Assembly (NCBI GenBank): GCA_977020255.1
Contig: CDROCS010003593.1
Span: 62,001-126,000 of the forward strand
Source of the DNA: Obrimoposthia wandeli
Taxonomy: Eukaryota
Direction: 5' to 3'
DNA: 64,000 nucleotides
Shown: piece after piece, positions 30,533-40,430 of the stretch
Layout of the letters: the number at the start of each line of letters is the position of its first letter
Numbering within the stretch: position 1 is the first letter of the stretch
Translations under genes and position numbers: made by a program
The notes under the pieces: generated by a model
Seen by the model: only the letters and a program-made list of their open reading frames with translations
Databases searched by the model: none
Told to the model about the DNA's origin: nothing

Positions 30533-30568
30533 AAAAGAGGCTGTCAATTAACATTGACAGCCTCTTTT
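30533..30568. terminator. Bidirectional terminator between yqeY and miaB
   Basis: aaaagaggctgtcaat / attgacagcctctttt perfect 16-bp stem. Confidence 0.88.
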
Positions 30569-30593
30569 CCTCAACTAGTTCGTGAAGGCTGCT

Positions 30594-31934
30594 TTATTCA
30601 GCAATCTCACCAATTAATGTGGCTGAGGTACAGCTAACAGCTTTTACCTTTACGAAATCTCCAACCTTTAAATCATTTTTAGGCAATACAAAGGCTTTAT
30701 TCTGAGAAGAACGACCATACATCTCTTGATCAGATTTCTTAGATAAACCTTCAATTAAAATTTCAAAAGTCTTTCCAATATCTCGCTGATTACTTTCTAA
30801 AGAGAGTTGTCTTTGTAAGGCAATCATTTCATCCAAACGCTTCGATTTCACATCCTCTGGAATATTATCCTTCAGATTTTTATAAGCAAATGTTCCTGGA
30901 CGTTCCGAATATTTAAACATATAAGAATAATCGTAACCTGCCCATTTCATCAGTTCTAGAGTTTCCTGAAAATCCTCTTCGGTTTCGTTGTGAAAACCTA
31001 CAAATAGGTCAGACGTTAAACCACAATCTGGCATATACTTTCGAATGGCTTCAACACGATTCATATACCATTCACGAGTATATTTACGACGCATATTTTT
31101 TAGTACCTCATCACTTCCTGATTGAACAGGTAAATGAATGTATTTGCATATATTTTCATTTGCAGCCATCACTTTAAGTGTGTCATCACTCATATCCTTT
31201 GGATGAGAAGTTGAAAAACGAATACGCATATTCGGTTCCGCCTTAGCCACCATTTCTAAAAGTTCTGGAAAAGCAATCTCTGAACCAGAATCAGTATTAG
31301 TAAATCGGTATGAGTTAACATTTTGCCCCAACAAGGTGACTTCCTTATAGCCTTTAGAGGCTAAATCGCGAACTTCTGTTAGAATACTATCAAAGTTACG
31401 ACTACGTTCTCTTCCTCGAGTGTATGGTACGATACAATAAGTACAAAAATTATTACAGCCTCTCATAATTGAAACAAAACCAGAAATTGCTGTTTCATCA
31501 ATACGAGATGGACAAATATCCTTATAAGTTTCTGTTAATGATAAATCGATGTTAATGGCCTTTTCACCCTTCTCAGCTTTCTTTACTAACAAAGGTAAAT
31601 CCATATAAGCATCAGGTCCAACAACAATATCCACATTCTTTTCTTGCTCAAAAAGTTTGGCTCCAAGTCTCTCTGCCATACAGCCAATAACACCAACTAA
31701 GAGTTTAGGATTTTTCTTCTTTAGTATATTAAACCCTTGCACTCTACCACGAACTCTTTGCTCAGCATTTTCACGAATAGAACATGTGTTTACCAAAATC
31801 ACATCAGCCTCAGTTCTTTCATTCGTTCTTTCAAACCCATCGTGCTCCATAATGGCAGCTACTACTTCACTGTCGGCAACATTCATTTGGCAACCATAGG
31901 TCTCCATGAATAACTTCTTATTGCTTTTGCTCAT
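30594..31934 (-). CDS. miaB: tRNA-2-methylthio-N6-isopentenyladenosine synthase MiaB
   Basis: TYGCQMN, NTCSIRENAE, GCMAER, radical SAM CNNFCTYC, RGRERSR, TRAM domain; promoter TATCTTTG at 31972-31979. Confidence 0.96.
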   Translation of the reverse strand: MSKSNKKLFMETYGCQMNVADSEVVAAIMEHDGFERTNERTEADVILVNTCSIRENAEQRVRGRVQGFNILKKKNPKLLVGVIGCMAERLGAKLFEQEKNVDIVVGPDAYMDLPLLVKKAEKGEKAINIDLSLTETYKDICPSRIDETAISGFVSIMRGCNNFCTYCIVPYTRGRERSRNFDSILTEVRDLASKGYKEVTLLGQNVNSYRFTNTDSGSEIAFPELLEMVAKAEPNMRIRFSTSHPKDMSDDTLKVMAANENICKYIHLPVQSGSDEVLKNMRRKYTREWYMNRVEAIRKYMPDCGLTSDLFVGFHNETEEDFQETLELMKWAGYDYSYMFKYSERPGTFAYKNLKDNIPEDVKSKRLDEMIALQRQLSLESNQRDIGKTFEILIEGLSKKSDQEMYGRSSQNKAFVLPKNDLKVGDFVKVKAVSCTSATLIGEIAE

Positions 31935-32224
31935 TGCTTTCCTATTATCCTTATTGATTTTTTATAACGCGCAAAGATAAATCTTATTAGTAGAAAGACA
32001 ATTAGAGCGAGACAAATTCTAAGGATTCAATTCAATAAACACAAGATTGCATCCTACAAACACGATTCTTTATGTACTTTTCGAAGGATTGCCCCTTTCT
32101 TTTTTAAGGAAGTCAATATAAAATTCCGATATTTAGGCCGGAATTGACTTTAATGGGTTTCATTCAAGTATTTATTGAGTCAAAATAAGTCACAACTAAG
32201 CCTTATTTTAAGAATTATATCGAA

Positions 32225-33046
32225 ATGCAAGACCAATCAAAATCTCAGGATTTTCAAAAGATAGATCTCAAACAAGTGTTTGCTAGTAAAGGCAAACTAA
32301 TGCCTGGCTTTATCATTTCATACTTAAAACGTATCATCCACCAGGATGAACTGAATGACTTTCTTTCTAAAAATCATCAAAAGCAAGGCATCGATTTTTC
32401 TCAAGCCGTTTTAGATGAATTATCGATTACCTATGATATTCATGGACTAGATAAACTCGATAAAAACAAGCGTTATCTTTTAGTAGCCAATCACCCACTA
32501 GGAGGACCAGATGGAATTATTCTAATTACCTTATTTGGACAGTATTTCAAAACAGTTCGAATCTTAGTTAATGATATTCTAATGAATATTAAAAACATGG
32601 GTGAGATATTTGTACCAATTAATAAGCACGGAGGTCAGGCCAAAGAAGCAGCAAAAATTATTGAATCTGCTTACGCATCTGATTCTTCTATTTTAACTTT
32701 TCCTGCAGGATTAGTTTCTAGAAAACAAAAGGGAGTCATTAAAGATTTAGAGTGGAAAAAGAGCTTTATCGTAAAAGCCAAGAAACATCAACGCGATATT
32801 GTTCCAATACACATTAGTGGTAGAAACTCAAATTTCTTCTACAACCTTGCTAATTTCAGAAAGTTTATAGGCCTTAAAGCCAACCTTGAAATGTTATATC
32901 TAGTAAACGAGCTATTCAAGCAGAAAGGACGACAATTTAAAATCACAATTGGTGATCCTATTCCTTATGAAAGCATTGATCGTAGCTTAAATAATAATCA
33001 ATGGGCAGAGAAAATTAAAAAGCAATGCTACGATCTTGCTGATTAA
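32225..33046 (+). CDS. PlsC-family acyltransferase (GlsA/OlsA-like O-acyltransferase)
   Basis: ANHPLGGPDG (HxxxxD), FPAGLVSR; adjacent to a GNAT acyltransferase. Confidence 0.85.
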   Translation: MQDQSKSQDFQKIDLKQVFASKGKLMPGFIISYLKRIIHQDELNDFLSKNHQKQGIDFSQAVLDELSITYDIHGLDKLDKNKRYLLVANHPLGGPDGIILITLFGQYFKTVRILVNDILMNIKNMGEIFVPINKHGGQAKEAAKIIESAYASDSSILTFPAGLVSRKQKGVIKDLEWKKSFIVKAKKHQRDIVPIHISGRNSNFFYNLANFRKFIGLKANLEMLYLVNELFKQKGRQFKITIGDPIPYESIDRSLNNNQWAEKIKKQCYDLAD

Positions 33047-33236
33047 TCACACAAAACTTAAAATCCACAAGAAACACTATATTTGAAAAGAATTTAGAAT
33101 TCAAAACCTAGTCAATACGCAAGAATTGCTGTGGAAATTTCCTTATTTTCACTTATATTGCTAGAATAACACCACAAACGAGTTTCATTATTCTATCTAA
33201 GAATTTGAAAATCGTCGCGAATTAAAAAGAAAACAG

Positions 33237-34205
33237 ATGAAAGATATTATCCCACCAGTAGATAAAGAGCTCCTTGAGAAAGAACTAACCGAGGATCGAT
33301 TTGTAAGAAAGACCAATAAGGGATCGAACGAAATTTATTGTTTTACTCACCATAACTCGCCAAACTTAATGCGCGAGGTAGGACGTTTACGTGAAATTAC
33401 ATTTAGAAAAGCTGGTGGTGGAACTGGTAAAGAAACAGATATTGATCATTACGATTTAGATGAAAGACCTTATCATCAACTAATTGTTTGGGACCCTAGT
33501 GCAAAGGAAATATTAGGAGGATATCGCTATATTATCTGTAAGGATGCTCACACAGATGAACAAGGTAATTCAATTCTTGCAACTTCAAGATTATTTGATT
33601 TTTCAGATGAATTCAAATCAAAATATATCCCAAAAATGATTGAACTTGGTCGTTCATTTGTTCAGCCAGAATACCAATCAATATTAAAAGGAAGAAAGAG
33701 TCTTTATGCGCTAGACAACTTATGGGATGGACTAGGAGCTTTAATAGTTGAATATCCTGAGATCAAGTACTTCTTTGGAAAAGTGACAATGTATCCTCAC
33801 TTCAACACCGATGCACGTAATCACATTCTTTATTTTATGAATAGAATGTTTAATGACGTAGATAACCTTGCTTGGCCATTAAATCCTCTTAAAACAAATG
33901 CCGATACAGCTGCAATGGATGCAACCTACAATGGTGTTGATTTTAAAGAAAACTATAAGATTCTATCTAGAATCGTACGCGAAAATGGAGCGAATATCCC
34001 TCCACTTATTAATGCATACATGGGTCTATCTCCATCTATGAGAAGTTTTGGGACAGCCGTGAATACTCATTTTGGGGACGTTGAAGAAACGAGTATCATG
34101 ATTACAATCGAAGATGTATACGAGAATAAAGTAGAACGTCACATCTCTTCTTACTTGAATTTTTTAAAAATTCGTTTACCAAGAACAAACTTTCATTTGT
34201 TCAAG

Positions 34206-34257
<52 letters not shown>

Positions 34258-34277
34258 CATTAGTCAATTCAAATTGA
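33237..34277 (+). CDS. GNAT-family amino-acid N-acyltransferase (GlsB/OlsB-like, often annotated as hemolysin)
   Basis: EVGRLREITFR, DIDHYD, ILGGYR, IELGRSFV, IPPLINAY; C-tail length affected by the A run. Confidence 0.85.
34206..34255 (+). repeat. 50-nt poly(A) homopolymer inside the 3' end of the GNAT gene
   Basis: Directly visible; translates in frame as poly-Lys. Confidence 0.95.
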
Positions 34278-34286
34278 CCACAAACG

Positions 34287-34318
34287 AAAAAAGTCATCCA
34301 TTAGGATGACTTTTTTTT
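34287..34318. terminator. Bidirectional terminator between the GNAT gene and purF
   Basis: aaaaaagtcatcc / ggatgactttttt. Confidence 0.85.
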
Positions 34319-34337
34319 ATTTATTTAAACTCAAAGA

Positions 34338-36239
34338 TTAATAAGCTCTTTTTGTATTTCCTTCAACATAGTTGATGAATGATGTATTCACAACCTTGTT
34401 TCCTCCTGGAGTTGGATAATTACCAGTAAAATACCAGTCACCATTATTTTCAGGACAAGCTGCATGTAAATTCTCTACAGTTTGGAATACAATTTTCACC
34501 TCAGCATTCATATCTTCCGGTGTTAATTGCACCGAAATTTTATCTGAAATCTCTTCTGGAGTAAATGGTTTGTAAATCTCAGTTACATAGTTCATCACCT
34601 CTTCCTTAGGTAAATTCTCCTGAGCCTTGCACTTCTGATATACATCTTCTATTAAACTCTCCATGTTTCTCTCCTTAAGCAATGCTATAGCAGCATTAAA
34701 AGCACAGAAATCACCCATTCTTGTCATATCAATACCATAACAGTCTGGGTAACGAATTTGAGGTGCAGAAGACACAACAACAATTTTCTTAGGATGAAGT
34801 CTATCTAAAATTCTAAGGATACTTTTCTTAAGAGTTGTTCCACGTACAATTGAATCGTCAATAATAACTAAGTTATCAACACCGTTACGAACAATACCAT
34901 AAGTTACATCGTAAACGTGACCAACTAGATCATCACGACCTTCGTCACCTGATATAAATGTTCTTAGCTTAACATCCTTAACTGCGATTTTCTCAACACG
35001 AGGTTCAACAGAAATAATCTCTTGTAACTTCTCTTCAGTCCACTCACCGTTTAAGTCGTGAATCTTACGTTTCTTATCTTCCTGCAGATGGTTTCTAACA
35101 CCCTCCATCATACCATAAAAAGCTGTTTCAGCCGTATTTGGTATAAATGAGAACACTGAATTCGCTATATCATTATCAATACTTTCAAGAATAGCTGGAG
35201 TCAACAATTGTCCTAACTTCTTTCTTTCTAAGTAAATATCCTTATCAGATCCTCTTGAGAAATATATTCTCTCGAATGAACATGAGCTTCTTTTCTCTGC
35301 TACACGAACAGGAACTTCTTTAATATCACCATTCTTGCTAATAATCACAGCATTACCTGGTCCAATTTCCTTAATATCATCAGCTTTAACATTTAAAGCT
35401 GTTTGAATAACTGGACGTTCAGATGCAACAACTAAAATTTCATCATCCTGATAATAATAAGCTGGACGAATTCCCCAAGGGTCACGCATTACAAAAGAGT
35501 CGCCATGTCCAAACATACCAGCAATAGCATATCCACCATCCCAATCACGAGAAGCATTAGAAAGTACTTTCTGTACATCAAGATTATTCTCGATCAAAGG
35601 CGATATTTCCTGAGAAGTAAAACCTTCATTTTTATATTGTCTGAATTTAAGTTGGTTTTCTTCATCAAGATAATGACCAACTTTTTCAAGAATAGTTACT
35701 GTATCTGTATAATCAGTTGGGCTCTGACCTAAAGAAACCAATAGATCAAAAAGCTCATCAACATTAGTCAAGTTAAAGTTACCTGCTAATACAAGGTTAC
35801 GAGAACGCCAATTATTTTCACGCTTTACAGGATGAACAAAATCGATACTGTTACGACCGAATGTTCCGTAACGAAGGTGTCCTAAATAAACTTCACTAGC
35901 GAAAGGCACATTTTCCTTTGCCCATTTAGCATCTTCAAATTGCTCAGGATTAGCTTCTCTTTTTTTCGCCAAATCTCCATAAATACTATCGAATACATCT
36001 TTAATAGGCTGATTCCCATTTGAACGATGACGATGAATATATTTCGTTCCAGGCTGTTGATCGATTTTGATACTAGCGGCTCCTGCTCCTTCTTGTCCTC
36101 TATTATGCTGTTTCTCCATCAAAAGACAAAGCTTCTGAATTCCATATTGCCAAGTCCCATACTTTTCCTGATAATACTCAAGAGGCTTACGCAAACGGAC
36201 TAAAGCTATTCCGCACTCGTGTTTAAGTTGATCACTCAT
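34338..36239 (-). CDS. purF: Amidophosphoribosyltransferase
   Basis: HECG N-terminal nucleophile, HNRGQEGAG, GHLRYGT, CSFERIYFSR, IDDSIVRGTT, YGIDM. Confidence 0.96.
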   Translation of the reverse strand: MSDQLKHECGIALVRLRKPLEYYQEKYGTWQYGIQKLCLLMEKQHNRGQEGAGAASIKIDQQPGTKYIHRHRSNGNQPIKDVFDSIYGDLAKKREANPEQFEDAKWAKENVPFASEVYLGHLRYGTFGRNSIDFVHPVKRENNWRSRNLVLAGNFNLTNVDELFDLLVSLGQSPTDYTDTVTILEKVGHYLDEENQLKFRQYKNEGFTSQEISPLIENNLDVQKVLSNASRDWDGGYAIAGMFGHGDSFVMRDPWGIRPAYYYQDDEILVVASERPVIQTALNVKADDIKEIGPGNAVIISKNGDIKEVPVRVAEKRSSCSFERIYFSRGSDKDIYLERKKLGQLLTPAILESIDNDIANSVFSFIPNTAETAFYGMMEGVRNHLQEDKKRKIHDLNGEWTEEKLQEIISVEPRVEKIAVKDVKLRTFISGDEGRDDLVGHVYDVTYGIVRNGVDNLVIIDDSIVRGTTLKKSILRILDRLHPKKIVVVSSAPQIRYPDCYGIDMTRMGDFCAFNAAIALLKERNMESLIEDVYQKCKAQENLPKEEVMNYVTEIYKPFTPEEISDKISVQLTPEDMNAEVKIVFQTVENLHAACPENNGDWYFTGNYPTPGGNKVVNTSFINYVEGNTKRAY

Positions 36240-36365
36240 TTCGATTTATTATAATGGTTATTTAGTACTGTTCTTATCTCTTGTACGCTACAAAATTACA
36301 ATTTCCTTTGCAATATTTTATATAAAAAAAACCGCTTAGATTCATCCAAGCAGTTTAATATTATT

Positions 36366-36926
36366 CTATTTCTTAATCTCAATCTTTTCCTTTACTTCAA
36401 GGTCAACCAAATTTATTTGATCTTTTACAAGATAGCAGTATGGATATAGTTTCACACATTGCTTATATAAGTGCATGGCTTCGAATTTATTCCTAAAATT
36501 CCCTATTCGCACTCTAAAATCTGGTGCCTGATATTTCACATACACTCTTTCATTTGGGAATCGTTCTTTTAAATCCTCTCTGATGGAAAAGGCTTTTTCT
36601 CTATCTCGACCACCTCCCGAGAAGATTTGGATTCGATAGCCTTGAAAGCCTGGAATATAAGAATTCTCAGCCCTATCAATCTTAAGCAAATCATCAATTC
36701 TATAATCCTGGATAATTTTTACGGAACCTTTACCTAAACTATCTTGCTTAAGTCTATCAATAAACTCCACATTACCTTTATAGAATTCTATCTTTTTCAC
36801 ACGAACTAAATCTTGAACTTTTAGCTCAAGTGAATCTACCATTGAGTCTGTTTCAAACTCTTGCGCATGAAGTGATGAAAGACAAAAAGCAAATACAATG
36901 GTGAATAAAGAAAGAATATACTTCAT
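36366..36926 (-). CDS. SPOR domain protein
   Basis: Signal peptide (MKYILSLF); GYRIQIFSG, FRVRIGNF; likely start ATG 36926. Confidence 0.85.
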   Translation of the reverse strand: MKYILSLFTIVFAFCLSSLHAQEFETDSMVDSLELKVQDLVRVKKIEFYKGNVEFIDRLKQDSLGKGSVKIIQDYRIDDLLKIDRAENSYIPGFQGYRIQIFSGGGRDREKAFSIREDLKERFPNERVYVKYQAPDFRVRIGNFRNKFEAMHLYKQCVKLYPYCYLVKDQINLVDLEVKEKIEIKK

Positions 36927-37272
36927 ATAATATGTGTTTTCCAAAACTAATAACTTCTCAATTCTATTAAAGGATACTCAAACCCAACTGATTAGCAATA
37001 CCTTTTCAATTTATAGAATAGATCTCAAAAATAATCAAAAATATCTAGCTTCAAATATATTTTAACGATTGATAAGATTTCTATTTCTAATTATCCAAAA
37101 GCAAGTTAACACCAAGACTATATCATCTAGAATATCAAGCGATTATACTGTATGAAAAATTACATACATTCAATACTAAAGAACCAAAAATTAGCATTAA
37201 TTAAAAAAATAAAGAAAGGAAAGAGAAAATAAGAAAGGAAAGAATTCGAGATCAGGTGATCTTAAACTTGGG

Positions 37273-37359
37273 AAAAAGAAAAAGGATGGTAACCACAACC
37301 ATCCTTTCTTCTAACTATTAACCAAAATTTGAAGACGGATTCCAAGGATTCAATCTTCG
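37273..37359 (-). ncRNA. Candidate ~87-nt small RNA
   Basis: Minus-strand TATTTTTG (37364-37371) with TTG 18 nt upstream, 5' hairpin, single-stranded UUUUGGUUAAUAGUUAG, terminator stem aaaggatggt/accatccttt with U run; no ORF. Confidence 0.55.
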
Positions 37360-37665
37360 TGGGCAAAAATAAGATCTATAAATTAAATTCAACATTATAA
37401 TGATGAAAAATACGCCAAAATGTCCTATAACATATTATCAATCAAGCAGAGATTACGATCCAGCATATCTTATTTATAATAATTTTAAACACAGTAAATC
37501 TAATAAAAACCCTTAAGCATTGATAAGCAAAAAGCTACCACACTTTCACTTATCAATGTCCGAAAAAAAACATCATTCAATTAAATATTATATATCCATC
37601 TAGTCTACAAACTTTCTTCCTCCGTTAAAGATTGTTAAGCATGAACTTGCACATCAGTATTTTTC

Positions 37666-37673
37666 TATATTTG
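37666..37673 (+). promoter_or_regulatory. Bacteroidota -7 promoter element of rprX
   Basis: TATATTTG ends 5 nt before the ATG. Confidence 0.65.
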
Positions 37674-37678
37674 TATCT

Positions 37679-39193
37679 ATGGGCAAAAAATACATATGGT
37701 TAGTAACAATCGTTTTAGCGATTTCCTTATGCGGATTGATCTTAATTCAAATTAAATACTATCAATCTACAGCAAAAATTAAGGAAGATCAGTTTTTTCT
37801 TACGGTAAGTAAGGCTCTCGACCAAATGGTTGATAAAATGGAATCTGACGATGAAGCAAAAAGCATCTTAGACGGAACTGGCGGTAACCGTTCAAATATC
37901 AATAAGAATAAAAATATTAATGGCTATGGCTATAGTATTGATATTCCGCCAAATCCTTCTCAGCATCAAACTGCTTCAATAAGTTACTATAAGGATAATA
38001 AAAAACTTTACACCAAAGAAACTGAACTTAATACCAAAACATTTAGCGATTTACTTAAAAAAGCACAAGATCCTCGATTCAAATTCTTAAACAATCGAAT
38101 TGGGGGATACCAGTTTCAAACTTCATTTATAGCTGCAAGTATGGCTCGTCAGTCTATGCCTCTTAAGGAGAGAATAGACATGAATACCATACAAAAACTG
38201 ATTAAGGAGAAGCTAAAAAACAATGCGATTAAACTAGATTTTGAGTTTGCTATCCAATCAGATAATATCTACGTAAAAAAATCGAAAAACTATTTTTCAG
38301 AGGAAAAGAAGGAGAAATTTTCAAAGCAGTTATTTCCCAACGATGCATTTAGGAACTCACATTACTTATACATCTTTTTTCCAGATATGCATAAGTACAT
38401 CATTAAGTCATATACAATGTTAATTCCTTCATTGGTTTTATCATTAATATTAATTTTGTGTTGTGCTTTCACGATTTACATCATATTTAGACAGAAGCGT
38501 TTATCAAAAATAAAAAACGATTTCATCAACAATATGACGCATGAGTTCAAAACTCCTATTTCAACCATTTCTCTTGCTTCCCAAATGCTTAGAGATACTT
38601 CTATAACGACTACACCAACAAGTATAAATCAAATGGCTAAAATCATTAATGATGAAAGTAGACGATTAAGCTATCAGGTTGAAAAAGTTCTACAAATGGC
38701 TATATTTAATGAGGGTCGTTTAAAATTAAAACTGAAAGCAATTAATCTTCATCATATAATTGAGAATCTAATGCCTAACTTCACTATTAGAGTTGAAGAT
38801 AAAAAAGGAAACACTTACCAACATTTAGATGCCAATGAGGATCTTGTCATGTTAGATGAAGTTCATATAGGTAATCTTATTTCTAACTTAATAGATAATG
38901 CCATTAAGTACAGTAAAGATACACCTGAGATAAGTATTAGTACTAGAAATAAAGATAAAGGAATTGTGATGTCGATTACCGATAATGGTATTGGAATATC
39001 AAAAGAGGATCAAAAAATGGTTTTCGAACGTTTCTTTAGAGTACACACTGGAAATGTTCACGATGTGAAAGGCTTTGGCTTAGGTTTATCCTACGTAAAA
39101 AGAATTGCCGATGCTCACGGTGGACATGTTAGTGTTGATAGTAGCCTTGGAAAAGGTACAAAATTTGAAGTATACCTGCCATTTAAAAAATAG
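37679..39193 (+). CDS. rprX: Sensor histidine kinase, RprX-like
   Basis: Two TMs; NNMTHEFKTP, DNAIKY, DNGIGI, GFGLGL; paired with an OmpR-type regulator. Confidence 0.85.
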   Translation: MGKKYIWLVTIVLAISLCGLILIQIKYYQSTAKIKEDQFFLTVSKALDQMVDKMESDDEAKSILDGTGGNRSNINKNKNINGYGYSIDIPPNPSQHQTASISYYKDNKKLYTKETELNTKTFSDLLKKAQDPRFKFLNNRIGGYQFQTSFIAASMARQSMPLKERIDMNTIQKLIKEKLKNNAIKLDFEFAIQSDNIYVKKSKNYFSEEKKEKFSKQLFPNDAFRNSHYLYIFFPDMHKYIIKSYTMLIPSLVLSLILILCCAFTIYIIFRQKRLSKIKNDFINNMTHEFKTPISTISLASQMLRDTSITTTPTSINQMAKIINDESRRLSYQVEKVLQMAIFNEGRLKLKLKAINLHHIIENLMPNFTIRVEDKKGNTYQHLDANEDLVMLDEVHIGNLISNLIDNAIKYSKDTPEISISTRNKDKGIVMSITDNGIGISKEDQKMVFERFFRVHTGNVHDVKGFGLGLSYVKRIADAHGGHVSVDSSLGKGTKFEVYLPFKK

Positions 39194-39198
39194 ACATT

Positions 39199-39885
39199 AT
39201 GAAAAAAGAAATTAAAGTCTTATTGGCTGAAGATGATGCAAATCTCGGCCTTTTGCTTAAAGAATATTTAGTAGCTAAAGGCTACGACACAACCTTATGC
39301 GAAGATGGTGATAAGGCATACGATGCATTTTTAAAGAACCCTTTTGATATTGGCATTTTCGATGTCATGATGCCTCATCGTGATGGTTTTACATTAGCTA
39401 AGGATATTCGTTTAATCAACTCTGAAATTCCTATTATATTCCTAACTGCAAAATCGATGAAAGATGATGTACTTGAAGGTTTCAAATTGGGAGCTGACGA
39501 TTATATGACCAAACCTTTTAGTATGGAAGAACTTTTGGTTCGTATCGAAGCTGTATTAAGAAGAGCTGGTGGCAAAAAAGAAAACAAGCAAGAAGAATTC
39601 AAACTAGGTCGTTTCCTTTTCGATTCGAAAAAGCAATTGCTTCACGATGGTGACAAAGCAATTAAGCTAACCACAAAAGAGTCGGAACTTCTTAAACTAC
39701 TTTGTAGTAATGCAAACGAAGTATTTGAACGTAATTTCGCACTTAAAACAATATGGTTAGACGACAACTACTTTAATGCACGAAGCATGGATGTCTATAT
39801 TACCAAGTTACGTAAACATCTTAAACCAGAACCGAATATCGAAATTATAAATGTTCATGGTAAAGGATATAAACTTATCATGTAA
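39199..39885 (+). CDS. rprY: OmpR-family response regulator, RprY-like
   Basis: AEDD, DVMMP, GADDYMTKPF, RSMDVYITKLRK, NVHGKGYKL. Confidence 0.9.
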   Translation: MKKEIKVLLAEDDANLGLLLKEYLVAKGYDTTLCEDGDKAYDAFLKNPFDIGIFDVMMPHRDGFTLAKDIRLINSEIPIIFLTAKSMKDDVLEGFKLGADDYMTKPFSMEELLVRIEAVLRRAGGKKENKQEEFKLGRFLFDSKKQLLHDGDKAIKLTTKESELLKLLCSNANEVFERNFALKTIWLDDNYFNARSMDVYITKLRKHLKPEPNIEIINVHGKGYKLIM

Positions 39886-39908
39886 TTTTTCAAAAATAAT
39901 TTATTAAG

Positions 39909-39942
39909 AAGTCCTCAAAATAAAATTTTGGGGACTTTTTTT
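39909..39942 (+). terminator. Terminator after rprY
   Basis: aagtcctcaaaa / ttttggggactt plus T run. Confidence 0.8.
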
Positions 39943-39953
39943 ATGAAATCATC

Positions 39954-40013
39954 CTACTATAAAAATAGTAGAAAAGTTTGTTATTAAAATTAATCCTACT
40001 ATATTTGTAGTAG
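39954..40013 (+). promoter_or_regulatory. blaI promoter with two 18-bp palindromic operators
   Basis: CTACTAT-aaaa-ATAGTAG (39954-39971) and CTACTAT-attt-GTAGTAG (39996-40013); TTTG at 39977-39980 and TATATTTG at 40000-40007. Confidence 0.8.
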
Positions 40014-40057
40014 ACGATGTATTTAAAATAGCCAATTGCAATAAAATAGAGTACCGT

Positions 40058-40429
40058 ATGAAACAAATGACGAAAGCTGAAGAACAGGTGATGCAGATAT
40101 TATGGAACCTAAATGAAAGCAATATCAGAAGTATTGTTGATAAATTTGATATACCTAAGCCAGCTTACACAACTGTTGCAACGGTTCTAAAAGTTTTAGA
40201 AAAAAAAGGCTTCGTCATTAAAATTCCACAAGGGAAAACACATCTATTTGTTCCGAAAATCACCAAAGAAGAATACTCAGGTCAACAAATGGGAAGTTTA
40301 TTGCAAAACTATTTTAATGGTTCGTTCTCAAAAATGGCATCTTTTTTTGCTAAGGAAAATAACCTGAGCATTTCAGATTTAGAAGATATGATTGAGATAA
40401 CTAAAAACGAAATTAATAAAGACAAGTGA
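40058..40429 (+). CDS. BlaI/MecI/CopY family repressor
   Basis: TKAEEQVMQILW, AYTTVATVL..LEKKGFV, YFNGS. Confidence 0.93.
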   Translation: MKQMTKAEEQVMQILWNLNESNIRSIVDKFDIPKPAYTTVATVLKVLEKKGFVIKIPQGKTHLFVPKITKEEYSGQQMGSLLQNYFNGSFSKMASFFAKENNLSISDLEDMIEITKNEINKDK

Positions 40430-40430
40430 T

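Noticed and set aside
37212-37243. AAGAAAGGAAAGA direct repeat as CsrA-binding sites
   Set aside because: Only two copies in a purine-rich low-complexity tract, with no GGA hairpin array
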